This document shows, piece by piece, positions 40,411-53,142 of a stretch of 64,000 bases of DNA; within the stretch, counting starts at the first letter, position 1, and every line of letters begins with the position of its first letter. The position numbers and the translations under genes are program-made. The stretch spans positions 120,158,001-120,222,000 of the forward strand of contig NC_087436.1 in assembly GCF_036321535.1 (NCBI RefSeq), given 5' to 3'. The notes beneath the pieces are model-generated. The model did no database searches. It was not told where the DNA came from and saw nothing but the letters and a program-made list of their open reading frames with translations. The DNA is from Camelus dromedarius (lineage: Eukaryota).

Positions 40411-41064
40411 AAGAAAAGTCTCAAGCCAGGGGCTTCCCTCCAGATGGCAAGTCCCTAATTTAGAAGCCCAACGTGGCAGACTCCAAGTCTGGAGAGACCT
40501 CATATCCCCCAGGCCCTCTTTCCACAAAACCTGACTTGAGCCCTTATTCACTCCCCCACCGTGCAGGGAAGGAACCAAGCGTTAAGGGAGGATCGAGGGC
40601 TTTGAGGTCAAAGACCTGAGTTCATCAAGCATTTCATTTTTCCACTTAAAATTACGTGACCTTGAGCAACGTTCTTAACATCTCTAAGCCTCTATCTTCA
40701 TCTTGAATAAAAACATTTACTTCTAAGATTGCATAAAATGGGACACTATACATAAGGTAGCTGACAAGCACTGGGTGTTCAGCAGGTGTGAGCACCCTCC
40801 TCCGGGCACACCTCATCCCCCAGGGAGAAACACAAGGCACTGCAGGAGACGGCTGGGGATCCCCGCACCCAGCGCCTTGCACTCCCTCGAGAACAGACGC
40901 AGTGGTACCCAGAGTGCTGCCCATGGACAAGTTTCGTTTCCGTTTTTTCTTAGGTGTGGCGTGCTTCTCACTCACATCATACGATCCATAATAAGGAAGT
41001 GAATTTTCTACACTAGCTGAGACTTCTGTTTTTAGCAGACTTGGATGTGCTTTCTTAACTCATT

Positions 41065-41240
41065 CTTTTTTAATTTTATTTTTTATTGACGTGTAGTTGA
41101 TTTACAATGTTAGTTTCAGGTGTACAGCAAAGTGATTCAGTTATACATCTACATACATATTGTTTTTTAGATTCTTTTCCAGTATATGTTAATATAAGAA
41201 ACAGTGTAGTTTCCTGTGCTATACAGTAGGTCCTTGTTAT
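41065..41240 (-). mobile_element. Artiodactyl L1 3' end
   Basis: tagttgatttacaatgttagtttcaggtgtacagcaaagtgattcag. Confidence 0.85.
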
Positions 41241-42556
41241 AAGCAGAAAAAGGTACCTATGTGTCAAATTAAAGTTTTGTTTAAAAAAAAAACTGGCTCT
41301 GAAACATTGGGCTGGCAAGCGGGACAAATACCTGCCCCGCCCCACTGGGTCCAAAGTTGCCTTTATTGGCCTCCAGGGGGAGAACGTTCCATGTACCACC
41401 TACCCCAGGCCAGGGACCAGCACCCTGGTCGTTTGGTGTTTCATTCCTGCAGTCAAGGTCACCCATGTGGGTAAAGCTCTCCCTTCTTTCTTTTCTATCC
41501 AAGTGGCCAAGGTCATGAGGCTGCTCCAGTCATCTTCCCTCAGAGGACTAAGCCCAGCTGTCTTGGCCTTTTCCCTGGTGACACGCTGACAGAAGGTAAA
41601 CGACAAGCCCATGATTCACACTGTTAGTAACTGAGTGGCGGAGCCAGAACGCCAGCCCAAGTCCCGCGGGGCGGGTGTTGCTGCCAGCACACCTGGCTGC
41701 CCCCCTGAGGCTCAAGAGAACAGCTCTCGGTCCCCAGTACTTCAGAGGCCATGCCTCCCACTGTGGTACAAAGGATGGGCCAGTCTCGGGAAGGAGGCAG
41801 GTGGGAGGTTATCTCACTCAGGGCACAAGCTAGACGCTGTGTGCCGTGTCCCTCCAGGTGAAATATCTCTCATTCCCAGGAGTCTCCAGGGCACCAGCAT
41901 GCTGACACTCCCCTGTGCCAGGCCTGCCGGGTGCCCAGCCAGTGGGGAGACACAGGCTTCTCTCTGGTGGGCCAGGCTGCTCCCACCTGCTGAACATTGA
42001 AAACCAAACCCCAGCCTCGTAGAAATCCACGGCACAGAGGTGACTACTTTCTCTGTGATAACTTACTTTGCGCTGCACTAAGGAACAGAATTCAGGGAGA
42101 GCCATCTGAGTGAGCCCAGGCGGCTGGCATCTCTAGAGAGTAGGAGGAGCCTTGGTGCCTCATTCCACCGTGGAAACCCCACTGCCCCTGTGCAGTCCCC
42201 CCAGAACCGCCTCCTGGGTGGTGCCTCCTACTGCCTCCCTCTGAAATCCCAGCACTGTGTTCCTGCCTCTCTGACAGCATCTATCACAGCCTCAACGTCA
42301 GTTCCACACACATCCACCTGTCACTGCATGTGGCTGCAGTCGGGGGTGGCCAGCCCTGTCCGCAGCTGTGCCCTGCCTGAGATGCTCCATTATGACAGTT
42401 CTTGGGCACACCAGCCACCTTGGTGTCGAACACCAGACAGTCCCAATCAAGGGGCCTTGCCGCACGCTAGTCAAAAGCACGGCTGTGGAGTTGGCACTGG
42501 AATTCCACCTACTATGGGGTCTTCAGCAAGTTCCTCCCTGTCTCTTCATCTCATTG

Positions 42557-42790
42557 TGTTTATTGTGGTGTAATTGACAAATAACATTGTGCTATTAGCT
42601 TCAGGCTTACAACATAATGATTTGATGTAAGTGTGCACTGTGACATGATCACCACAGTAAGTCAAATTAACAAATTAACAGGCATCACCACACAGAGTTA
42701 ACGATTTTTTTTTCTTAAGGTGAGAACTTTCAAGGTCTACTTTCTTAGCAACTTTTAAATGTACAGTATTGTTGGCTCAAGTCTCCACGC
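42557..42790 (-). mobile_element. L1MA-type 3' end
   Basis: taattgacaaataacattgtg...tacaacataatgatttg...gtgagaacttttaag-like motif. Confidence 0.75.
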
Positions 42791-43044
42791 GTCTCCGTCT
42801 GATTGTGCCAACTGCAAAATGAGGGCATTACCTACCCCACGGAGTTGCTGAGAGTAAGACATACGACGTGAAGTGATTTTGCACGGTGCCTGGGACACAG
42901 GGAGCACTCGGCAGACAGTGCCCATGGTGATGGTGGCGGTGATGCACTAAAGATTTCAGTTTTACATTAATATTACTGTCTTCTTTTTCATCCATTTAGT
43001 CTCCTTTATCACGAAGACACAGCATGCCTGAGCTTCCTAGAGGG

Positions 43045-43335
43045 TCCTACAGACAATGTCTGTTCCCTCAAAATTCATATGTTGAAACCCACTCCTAATG
43101 TGACTATTAGTGGGAGGTGATAAGGTCATGAGGGTCTTTTTTAAGGGAACTAATTAATCCACTACAGCAAGAAGATGCTGTCTGTGACCCCAGAAGGGGG
43201 TCCACGTCAGACACCACATCAGCCAGCGCCTTGATCTTGGACTTCTAGGCTCCAGACTTGTAAGAAATAAATGTCTGTTGTTTATAAGAGCCCCAGTCTA
43301 TGGTGCTGTTACGGCAACCTGAATAAACTAAGACA
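43045..43335 (+). mobile_element. MLT1A-like MaLR LTR
   Basis: aaattcatatgttgaaacc...ccttgatcttggacttc...aaataaatgtctgttgtttataag...actaagaca. Confidence 0.85.
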
Positions 43336-43559
43336 GAAGGTCACAGTTCAAGCACAGGAAAACTCAAATAATTAAACCACCTGGAGAAAAATCTCATGTA
43401 ACTTAGGACCTCCCAACACACAAATCTGTATTAACTGGGAAGAGGGGATTTCAAAAGAAAACATCGTGTCACATGTCATCAAGAGGCCATCCTGACCATC
43501 ACAGTTAATGCAAGTCAGAATCCCATGCTGGAAATGTTTTAGAAATTCCTTCACAGGTT

Positions 43560-44018
43560 TGTCTACTGAAAAAATGCACAGCCTAAAAGTTAAGAGTTAT
43601 GTTTTATTTGGCAGACTTTCTGAGGACATCAAGGCTGGGAGGAGGCAGTCTCTCAGATAGCTCTGAGGGACTCTAAAGAGGTAAGGCAGTTTTTGCAACA
43701 ACGTTTATTGTTAATTAAAGAAAACCAGATATCTCAGGTTAAGGAATTTAGCGCTCTTCCGTGTATGGGAAGATGCAAAAGTCTGGGCTCACTGGAACCG
43801 TTCCTTTGATGAGCACCTTAGCTGTCCAGGGCTGGTGTCCTGTTCTTCCCCATCCCGAGTTCCCTCAGCGGCACCGCTGTGGGGGCGGCAGAAGCGGGCT
43901 GCCTGCCTGTCCGCGTCCTGAGTGCCCTCAGCTTACTGTTGGGGGTGGCGGGTAGCGGCTGATGACTTGATGGCGCATCTTTTATTTACTGATGTGGCTG
44001 CAGTATTTTTCATCCACA
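43560..44018 (-). mobile_element. ERV1 solo LTR (artiodactyl MER41-like)
   Basis: TG...CA termini with a perfect 4-bp TSD GGTT (43556-43559 and 44019-44022); minus-strand AATAAA at 43603-43608; ctctcagatagctctgagggact motif. Confidence 0.85.
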
Positions 44019-44759
44019 GGTTTCAAAAGTCATTCAAAACATACGGCTCCACAACAGTGTTCAGACGTATTATTCTTTCTCTTTGGATACGTCACAAATC
44101 TCCGCATCACCTGCCCCCTAGGAGGCCCAGTGTCCTCCTCCTAAGACGCTGTTTCTATAAACTCCTTCTGACAGAAAGTTTCAGACTAGATGACAGCCCC
44201 CAAACCTAGCTCCACCTACCATGGCTAAAAATACCCCTAGTTTGTCACAGCACTATCTAGTATCCAGAGCAAGACTCCATCATTCTCACTACATCTTTTT
44301 CCCTTTTCTTAATAAATTGACAATTAAAAGTCAGCCCCAGAATGGAGCCTTCTCCATGCTACTGCCCCGGAGACACTGCAGACCACAGGCCATGGGCGTG
44401 GTCAACCAGCTGTACCCTGGGTCAGATACAAGGAAACCAGGATTTCCAATCTCTGAACTCACTGACGGCTGGTCGTCACTGAACACTGAATGGACAACCT
44501 TAAGTATACAAACTAGAGGACAAATTTAGCTACAACGTGGGCATGGATGGAAAAGAAATGTTTTAAACAGAGGTGTCTGAGGGCATATAAAAGCTATGTT
44601 CTAATATCTCCCGGGACTGAAAGTTAATTATTTTTTTTTCATATTTTTTCCATAATGGGTTGATCGGAAGCTGTTCTTTCAGACTACAGTAGTGTCATGA
44701 AACTATTTCCAAATACTTCCGGCTTTATGAGATAACCAAGCTGAAAAGCCATGAAAAAA

Positions 44760-46020
44760 TAAACCTTTCCTCCAGGATGCAGAGTGTAATAAAACCTCTT
44801 GAAACAAGGAAAGATGGTACCATAAAAAGTATTTTCAGGGACTATAAAGGAGTTCTTGAGATTAAAATGATTACAACAACATAAAATTCAAAGAAGACTG
44901 TGGAGAAGAAGTTGGAGAAATCTTGCAAAACGGAAAACAAAAAGACAAAGAAATGGGAAAATAGAAGAAAACATTTAAGGTAACTCAAGATCAGAACAGA
45001 AGACAAGAGTCTATAGGTGGAAGAGGCCACCAGGTACCCACACAATGAATAAAACAAGACACACATCATGGCACTGCCGCCATTAACTCTCCAAATACCA
45101 GGAATGACAAGAAAAGCCTAAAAAAACTACACAGAGGAAAACACAGGTCACATGCAAAGGAATGGCTTTGGACACATCAACTGTCACGTTGGAAGTTGGA
45201 AGTCCACTGAGCAACGCCTTCAAAATTCTACAGGAAGGTGATTCTAATCCTGAATTCTACACTCAAATGATCAATTAAATATGAGAGTAAAATATTCCAA
45301 CATTGTACAAGATCTTAAAAAAAAATTTCTTAGAAAGCTGCTGGTGAACATGCTTGACCAAAGCAAGAGAAAATCTTAAAAAGGAGGCATCTTACCAAGA
45401 GGTGCAAGGCCTTCTCAGGGTGACAGGGTACCTCGGCAGCAGGCCTAGGAAGCAACCACTTTATAGAAAAGCAGGCCGCTGAGAGGTTCAGGCAGAATCA
45501 TCCTAAGAAAAGGACAAATGGATGATTCCCTGTTGTGTGTCAGTGTGGGGAGAGGAGACTTACACTGCGGGGGCCAGGAAGACGAACAAATGACAGATAC
45601 AGAAAACGAAGCAAAACAAAGCAGGACAACGAGCAACTCCAGGAAAAAGAAAGAAAACCTACACAAGGAGGGAAATGTGGTCACCACAGACTACGCACCT
45701 CAGCTGTGCGTAATATTTCCATAATCATAATACATCCTGCTGAATATTTAATCAAAGCCTTAACATAATTACACTGAGAGGATGGGGAGAAAGAAGTGGG
45801 CGGTGGGCGGGAGGGCTAAGTGACCTAAGATCGCCTTCTTTCCTAGTAGGATGCCGCACACAAAATATGGAAGAAAGAGCTAAAGTGTTGAAAGGGGAGA
45901 CCTCTAGGGAGCAGGAATCAGGGTGGAGAAGGGTGGGGGCGGTGACCACTGTTTTTCTGTTCTAAGCCCTGTAGAACTTTGGACTCTTAAAACTATGTGC
46001 CTGTATAACTTTGTTAAAAA
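44760..46020 (+). mobile_element. HAL1 / L1 ORF1-like ancient LINE
   Basis: gagttcttgagattaaaatgat...aaaagacaaagaaatgggaaaatagaag; 3' end ttaaaactatgtgcctgtataactttg. Confidence 0.7.
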
Positions 46021-46876
46021 TGGGCTATTTCATTTTTAAACAAAATCTGATACTTGACCAGCAAGAATATCATCTTAAGCGGTGTGTTTCAAAGTTTTTT
46101 TGGAAACCAATCCCTTTGAAAAAGAAGGGAAAGCTATAAATCCTCTCCTTTATAAACACACACTGGCACAGACGCTCAACATTTTTGCACAGGATGTCAG
46201 GCAGTTGGTAAATTCCTGAAGGCCAGGTTAACAAGTCTTAGGGTTACAGGTTCTGCTTTCCTGCAGAAGGACACAAAACCCTAGTTGAAAGACTAGTGAA
46301 AACACCGATACGACCGAATGAGGTCATGCCTGGTCTTAAGTGCTGGGTGACCAGCACCCGTTGTTTTCTTGACCGCAAGGTACATCTCATTTCTGTCAGC
46401 GAAGGTACTAACCATGTTTACTGGGCTTTGCTTCAGCCTTGAAACAGACTCTCTAAAACTCTGGAATGTGAATCCCCGTTGGGTTGACTCAGCTGTTTCC
46501 ATTCAAGAACCGGACATGGCCTTACGCACTCTTCACCCCATGAGCAGAGAGTCCTTCACATCCCAAATCCCTCACGTGGGTGTATCTTCTAATAGGGGAA
46601 TTACTCTAATGACTTCTTGTCAAAACTTTTATAATCAGAGTGGCCCATTTAAATACTCCAAAACACAAAATTCACTCTGCTTCCGACTGGCCTGTCCCCG
46701 CTGCTTATAAGCCTCACCATCAGCTCAACAGCCAGTCAGAAGACCTGTCTCGTCATTTAACAGGGATCTTAATGGCCCCACCAATTTGCTTAAAATTTTG
46801 GTGCCTTTTATTTATTTGTGAGCTGAGGGTAGCAATAACAACGTCAGCGGGCATTGTTACAAATGGACTGGGTAAC

Positions 46877-47425
46877 TGTGGGAGGCGGAGTAACGGCTCC
46901 CACAGACGTCCGTGTGCTGATCCCTGGAAGCTGGGACTGCGTCACATTACCCAACAAAAGGAACTGCTACAGGCCGCAGACAGGGGGCTTGGACCGGAGG
47001 GTTATCCTGGGTAGCTAGATGGGCCCAACCTAACCGCATGAGTGCTTACAAGCAGAGAACTTTCTCCAGGTAGAAGAGAGATGGGGCAGAAGAGACAGTC
47101 AGAGAGCTGGAGCAGGACTCCATGGTCCTTGCTGATTCTGGGACCAGAAAGACGCCTCCCAGAGCCGGGTCCAAAGCTGACAGCCAGCAAGGAAACAGGG
47201 GCCTCAGCCCGACAACTACCAGCAACTACATTCGGTGGACCATCTACATGAACTTGAGAGCAGTTCTCCCCCAGATTCTCCAGTAAGGAACAGACGCCTT
47301 GTTTTCTGCCCAATGAGCCCTGAGTCAGACTTCTAACCTACAGAACTGTAAGATAATAAATGTGTGCTGGTTTAAGCCACTCAATTTGTGGCAATTTGTT
47401 ACTGCAGCCGTAGGAAACTTCTACA
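46877..47425 (+). mobile_element. MLT1D/E-like MaLR LTR
   Basis: tgtgggaggcggagtaacggctccc...gctgacagccagcaaggaaacagggg...acagaactgtaagataataaatgtgtg...aaacttctaca. Confidence 0.87.
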
Positions 47426-49736
47426 GAGACACCTGCGAAAATACCGCGGTGTCCGTCGCTTTGCCGCACATTCCACAAGTCTGCTGACATCCTTAAATCA
47501 AAAAGCAGAGACAGCCAAACTCCATCCAACACAACAGATTACAGACTTGTTCTGATCGATCTGGGGAGATCTGGGGAAATTACAAATTACTCAGAATATC
47601 TACAAATTCTAGGCCTCAGGTAATTCACTGCCCTTTCCTTTAACTCATAAACCTTTCAATACCTGTCTGGCCCGATAAACTCTAAGTACCACGTAGGAGA
47701 ATAAATGCTGGCTCGTGTGCACCAACCTGGCTCCCAAACTCTCCTACGTACCAACGGAAGCACCTCCCACGTCTGCCTCTCCTGCGCTGTGAACCCCCGG
47801 CTCTTCTCCAAGGAGACAGACACATCCCAGGTAAGCTATGTGAGTGTCTGCCACACTGTATGACAGTGTGACTTACTATCTGGGTACAGAGTATAAATTC
47901 TGTGGACCAGTGCCTGCATTTTGTTAGCCTTTGTATTCATTCCTCCCCCACCAATGCCTGGAAGAGCAGAGGTGCTCACTCAGTAGTTGGTGGAGGGGAA
48001 GAAAAGGCAAGAAGGAGAGAAAGAGAAAAGCCGACCTGCCTGGTGGTTGGGAGACACTGCAGTTTCCCAGGTGGCTCGGGGAGAGAAGGCCCCAGCACAC
48101 CATGGTGCTGACGTCAGTTGCCCAGTGACACCTGCTGCTCACTCCGCGGGCCCAGCGCTGGCACCTCACCTGCGAGCAGACCGGCGCTTTGCCGATCCTG
48201 ACCTCCCACCGCTGCCGCCTTCCCCCGCCTCCAGAGCAGTCACTTAGGAACTGAAATGTCCAGAGACTGTGCTTCACTAAAGGAAGGGTCACAGGAATCT
48301 ACATATTAAAGAGACTGTCAAAGATAAATCAAGCACATTCAATAGTCTTATTTATTTACAAAAGATTAAAGGAACTGAAACTTGAATTTGATGTTCCCCA
48401 AAATGCTAAAATATCAAACACTGGCCAGTTAAAGATAGAAAATCTTAAATGAAGCTTAAATGAAGCTGCCTAACACACTTGAAGGATTATCTGTATATAC
48501 AACAGATAGACAGAATTTTTAAAAACCCAGATTCATTCCATTCTCAATGAAGCATTTTTTTAAATCCTTGGCAACATAATATTTTACAACTTACAAAATT
48601 CCGTTACATTCATGATTTCATTTTATCCTCAAAACAATCTCTTGACCCAGGCAGAGTAGGCACTACCAACAATTAACTCCATTTTACAAATGAGGAAACT
48701 GAAGTTCAGCACAGTACTTGGACTTGACAAAAGCCTCACCAGGGCCAAGTTTCTAATCCAAGTTTCCTGTGCAAAAGAACCGGAGTAAGTTATCTTTAAT
48801 ATATTATTCATATTACATCCTGTCAACACCCAACACGGTTTTGATGTAGCCTGCAATAATAGACACGTATGTGATAAGATCTTTAAAGTGGAAAAGAAGG
48901 AAGAAAAAACCTTTTGGTAGGTGATGTGGGACAGGTTGGGGAGGGGGTTAACACCAAAGACTTAGATTTATAGTCTAAGAAAAATCTATCTCTGAACTTC
49001 CAGTTCCAGGCAAATAATGCTTAAACAAAATGATTCATAGACTTTCATAATTTAAAAAGAAGGGGACACACCATGAGTTCTTTGAGGCAGGGTGAATTCA
49101 GCTCCCTGCTCAGGCCCCCAGGGAAGAGCTGCTTCCCTCTCACCCTTTAGTAAGAACAAGAGGGACAACACGCAAATGTAGAACTCACACCCGGCCCTTG
49201 CCATCCCCTCCCCATCCCCAGGAGCTCTCCAGCTTGCAGAATAAGCATTAACTAGTTTTCAGTGAAAACATTAAGACAATCTAAGAAAACCTCGAAGAGA
49301 ATCCATTTGAGTTTCTGAAGACTCCTCCCCTTAAATAAGATCCCTAACAAAAACAAACAAACAAACAAAAAATACATGGAGTACGCAACAAAGCATTTTT
49401 TAAAATTAATTAAAGACTGCAAATCAAAATAAAGACAAAAACCCGACTTAATGTGAAAATTGTAATTCGGTGGCATCACTACTTGACCAAACAGCTTTCA
49501 TCTATTTTTAATCTCTGTAATCATCCAAAGAATAGCAGAGAAAACTGTGTATCCTCTCTACAGACATGTTGTTTTAAAAAAAAAAAACACCAAGCACATC
49601 AAATTCCCATCCTGCCAAACAGATAAACTGGAAGGGAGCTTTAATATTTTTAAGGATGAATTACTATATTCCTTAGAACTGGAGCTTCCTTGTAGGTCAT
49701 TTAACATATGATGCAATTTTTTGCAAGTAATAATTT

Positions 49737-49827
49737 AAATTTATTTTATTTTTTTTCCCCCAGAGAAGGAAGGATTTACTACTTGCAGCAAGTAAGGAGG
49801 ACACATGCTTTCCCAAAGCAGTGTCTC
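49737..49827 (-). mobile_element. Short polyadenylated LTR-derived retroposed fragment flanked by 15-bp TSDs
   Basis: TSD tgcaagt(a/c)ataattt at 49722-49736 and 49828-49842; T-rich tail 49740-49756; AGTAAA on minus strand at 49775-49780. Confidence 0.75.
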
Positions 49828-52414
49828 TGCAAGTCATAATTTTAAACTATGCTTTAAACTATTATACAAAGCCATGTACATCTACTCAAGGCACTTGCCA
49901 AATTCACTTATTTCAGATTCTCCAAGTTAAAATCTCTGATAGAGAGTGAGGCATACAAAAGCCCGCAGTTGGCTGATTTCATATGATACTCAAAAGATCA
50001 GCAAAATGCTCCTGACAAGAGCTCTGCACCCAACAACTTCATTAAGGAAAATATCAAACCAATTTGATAGGGTGCAGATGTTGCATGTAAAGTAATTATG
50101 AAGAATACAGAAGACAATATCAAAAAGCTGCCTAAGCTTCCATCCTAGACAGTGGTCCTTAACTCTGAGCAAAGTATACACACATGCAACTACACTTTTT
50201 GAAGAGAAAAAAAAGAAAAAGAACTTCCACTTTAGAATCGACATTTTCAAAGATCTCCATTATTTATACCACTGCCATAAGAGAACTTTACTCTGCTATA
50301 TTTGGTTGAAAGAATTAAAGGTTTAGGGCTGACAAGTTTCTTTCCTAGTTTAAAACCCTCAAAGGTGAGAAAACTGAAGCCCAGTGGGTTTGCAAGAACA
50401 AAGTGCAACTTAATTCCAGAGCCAGAATTAGATCAAATAAATTTTAATCAAGTACTCTACACCATGCAACAAACACGAGGAAGTAATAGCGAATTTTAAT
50501 CTAAAAACTCTCAGGAGAGTTGAAGAATTGCAGATTGTAAATCCCATGAAAGACCTGGATCCCTGGTAGAGAAAAGGACCCCTCATTTAGATACACTTCT
50601 TCCAGCTCTGGGAACAAACTGTGCCCACCTCTAGCAGGGCATCTACCACGCAGCACTAAAGCCAGCCACTCTGGCCTTGAAGACCCCAGTTTTCAGAGCG
50701 CAGGGCAAAAGGACTTCAGGGAAGGCTTCAGGGTGAAGGTGCCACATAAACTTAAACTGTAAGAATAAGTGAACGAAGCTGGAAGGACTGGAAGTGGGCG
50801 TGAGGGCAGAGAAGGCAGAGCGAAGGGCCTGCGTCCTAAGCGTGGACTTTATAGCAGCAACAGCTGCAGACATTACGACGTTTCCATCTGGTATTTTTGT
50901 TATTCATACCCAGTCTTGTCCACAAAGAACTTCAATCTGGGTACCAGAGCTACTTGTGCCTATAGCTCAGTTGTCTGTCTTGGACCAAAACATTCTTAAA
51001 AGGGAAAGACTGACTTTGTTAGACTTTGCATTCTCCGGGGAAAAGAGGCATCCCTGGACTATAACAGGGATGCGTTTTATGAGTTTGATGAAAGGATAAG
51101 TGAATAACTCCACTGTATTTAAACGGTTGTAGGCTACAGAGCCCACAGGGTAGCATCAGATTTTGCCATCAGGCTGAAATCCAAGTTTCCCCATCCTCAA
51201 CCTCGTCCTGGCTATCCCTTCCGTAAACCTGACCTCTAACTGTAACAGCCTTGGCCTCATTCCGTGGGTGTGGATTCCCCTCCTTCAAACGCACTTTCCA
51301 GCCCGCCAAATTCTTGGGAAAGTTTCTTCCACTCTCCAGGCGCTGAGAGCTACAAAGTTAAATCTGGCTTTCCAGACTTTTTTTTCTTCCCAATCCTAAC
51401 GGAAGAAATCAAGAAGCGCTGGGCAGAGGGGCCAGGCTCCCTCCAATCAGAGCCGGCTCCTGCCGGCCAAGCCTAGCGCCGGGAGCAGGAAACGCCACGG
51501 CCCGACCCTCGGTCCCCAGGCGCGGTGACAGCCCCGCGCTCCCCGGGGACCAGGCCGGGAGGAGGGGCAGGTTCCCGGGGAAGTGCAGCCTCTTCTGCTC
51601 ATATGGCAAATAAAATAAATGAAAGAGCGGATCAGCGGTCCAACGCAGGCCAACTACGCCCCCACGCACAGCCCGCCACACCCCGACGGGCGCCAAGACC
51701 CGTACAAGGACGCCCCTCAGGACAAGGAACCCCCAACACACACACACAGACGGGGGGTGGAAATGTAGGGAGCCTACCTCCAGGACTGATCAGAGGCTGA
51801 TCACACCCCGACAAGCCGCGGGGGGAGGGGACAGGGCAGAGCCCCCCAACTCTCAGGGTGGCCAGGGCACGGCGCTCCAAGCTGAGCCACGTTCGGTGAC
51901 ACACAAACTCTCAGTGAACCAGTCATGGGGGTGGGGGGCGAAAAGGAGCCCCCCACTTCCAGGGTGACCAAGATCCTTACGATCAGGGGTCCACGCAGTC
52001 ACCCTCTATTAGACACAGCGAACAGTCACATCAAAGGGGAAAGACGGGGGAACAGAGAAGGTCTCCGGGATGTCCGGGATCCCCGCGTGCGAGGGCCCAC
52101 GCAGAGCTACCTTTCGTAGCACACAGTGAACCAGCCACTCCACGGAGTGGGCGGGGACCGAGACAGTGCCCCCCACCCTCGGGGTGTCTAGGACCCCCGC
52201 GCGGGGATTCACGCGCGGATCCACGCAGAGGCGCAGCAGGCGCGCAGCCCCCTCAGTGCCACCCCGAGGCCGAGACAATGCCCGGGCGCCCGGGTGCGCG
52301 ACGGCCCGGCCAGTACCCAGTCCGTGTCCCCTCGTCCCACTGGCGCTCAGGGCGGCGGCCGCCACCTCGGGCAGCGACCCCGCGGCACCCAGCTCGGACC
52401 TGCCACACCCGGCG

Positions 52415-52775
52415 GGGACCCCTGCCGGGCCCGGGACCACTGCCGCCTGGGACCCCCGTCAGGCCAGGGGACCTCCGCCCGGCCGGGATCCTCGCCCGGC
52501 TCCCGGATCCCTGCCCTCTCGGGGGCCCCGTCTGGCCCGGGACCCCTGCCGCCTGGATCCCGGCCCAGTCATGGGACCCCCGCCGGACTCAAGACCCCTG
52601 TCCGGCCCTGAACGTCGCCCGGCTCTGGGACCCTGCCGTCCCGAGGACCACAGCCTGGCCCGGGACCCCTGTCGCCTGGGACCCCATCCGACCCCGGGAC
52701 CTCCGCCCGGCTGCGGGACCCTCACCCAGCCCCGGAACCTCTGTCTGCCGGGGGATCCCCTCCCGGCCCGGCCCC
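52415..52775. repeat. Degenerate GC-rich minisatellite (about 16-18 bp GGGA(C/T)CC units) with about 106-123 bp higher-order repeats
   Basis: Repeated gggacccc units. The block gcccgggacc(c/a)ctg(c/t)cgcctgg recurs at 52429, 52535 and 52658. Confidence 0.75.
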
Positions 52776-52792
52776 GCCGCTCGCCGCCTCAC

Positions 52793-53030
52793 CTCAGGCC
52801 GCCGCCTCGGCAGCGATCGCTCCTTGCCGGAGACGCCTTGACCGAGCGAAGCGGAGCGGAGCAGCCGGCAGAGCCGCGGCCGCGGCAACAATGGAGCCCC
52901 GGGGCGGGGCCGCCTCAGAGCCGCCTCAGACCGTCTCCAGCTCAGGCTCGGGCTCGGGATCCGGCTCCGCGCGGAGCAGCGACCGGCGAGAGGCTGCGGC
53001 TGGGCTCCAACACCGCGCAGGCGCACTCAC
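52793..53030 (-). other. AFAP1: Non-coding first exon (5' UTR), probably AFAP1; TSS approximate
   Basis: Lies in a CpG island just downstream of CCAAT/GC/NRF1 motifs. Donor CTGAG|GTGAGG at 52793/52792. No ATG seen in the exon. Gene identity is from known ABLIM2-AFAP1 tandem synteny on the same strand, not from coding sequence. Confidence 0.75.
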
Positions 53031-53142
53031 CCCGCCCGCGCCGTTCCGTCCCGCCCCCTGACCAATGGGGAGTGAGCTGCGCAGAGGGGGCGTGGCCTGA
53101 AGAAACAAAGGGAGGTGGGGCGGGGCCGCACAGGGGCGGGGC
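53015..53142 (-). promoter_or_regulatory. TATA-less proximal promoter: NRF1-like, CCAAT and Sp/KLF GC boxes
   Basis: GCGCAGGCGCA 53015-53025; GACCAATGG with CCAAT at 53062-53066; GGGGCGTGGC 53087-53096; GGGGCGGGGC at 53117-53126 and 53133-53142. Confidence 0.8.

Larger units (their letters stand above)
1..52792 (-). other. AFAP1: First intron of AFAP1 (continues beyond the left edge)
   Basis: Starts at the GT donor and is repeat-rich. The AFAP1 N-terminus (MEELIVEL...) was not found in the window. Confidence 0.7.

Noticed and set aside
52415..52775. Possible CRISPR-like repeat-spacer array
   Set aside because: Eukaryotic context, degenerate adjacent units without unique spacers, no cas genes.
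1..52792. AFAP1 coding exons or other hidden genes or retrocopies in the intron
   Set aside because: No AFAP1 peptide and no recognisable processed pseudogene, snoRNA or miRNA was seen by eye. A BLAST/Infernal search would be needed to exclude small RNAs.
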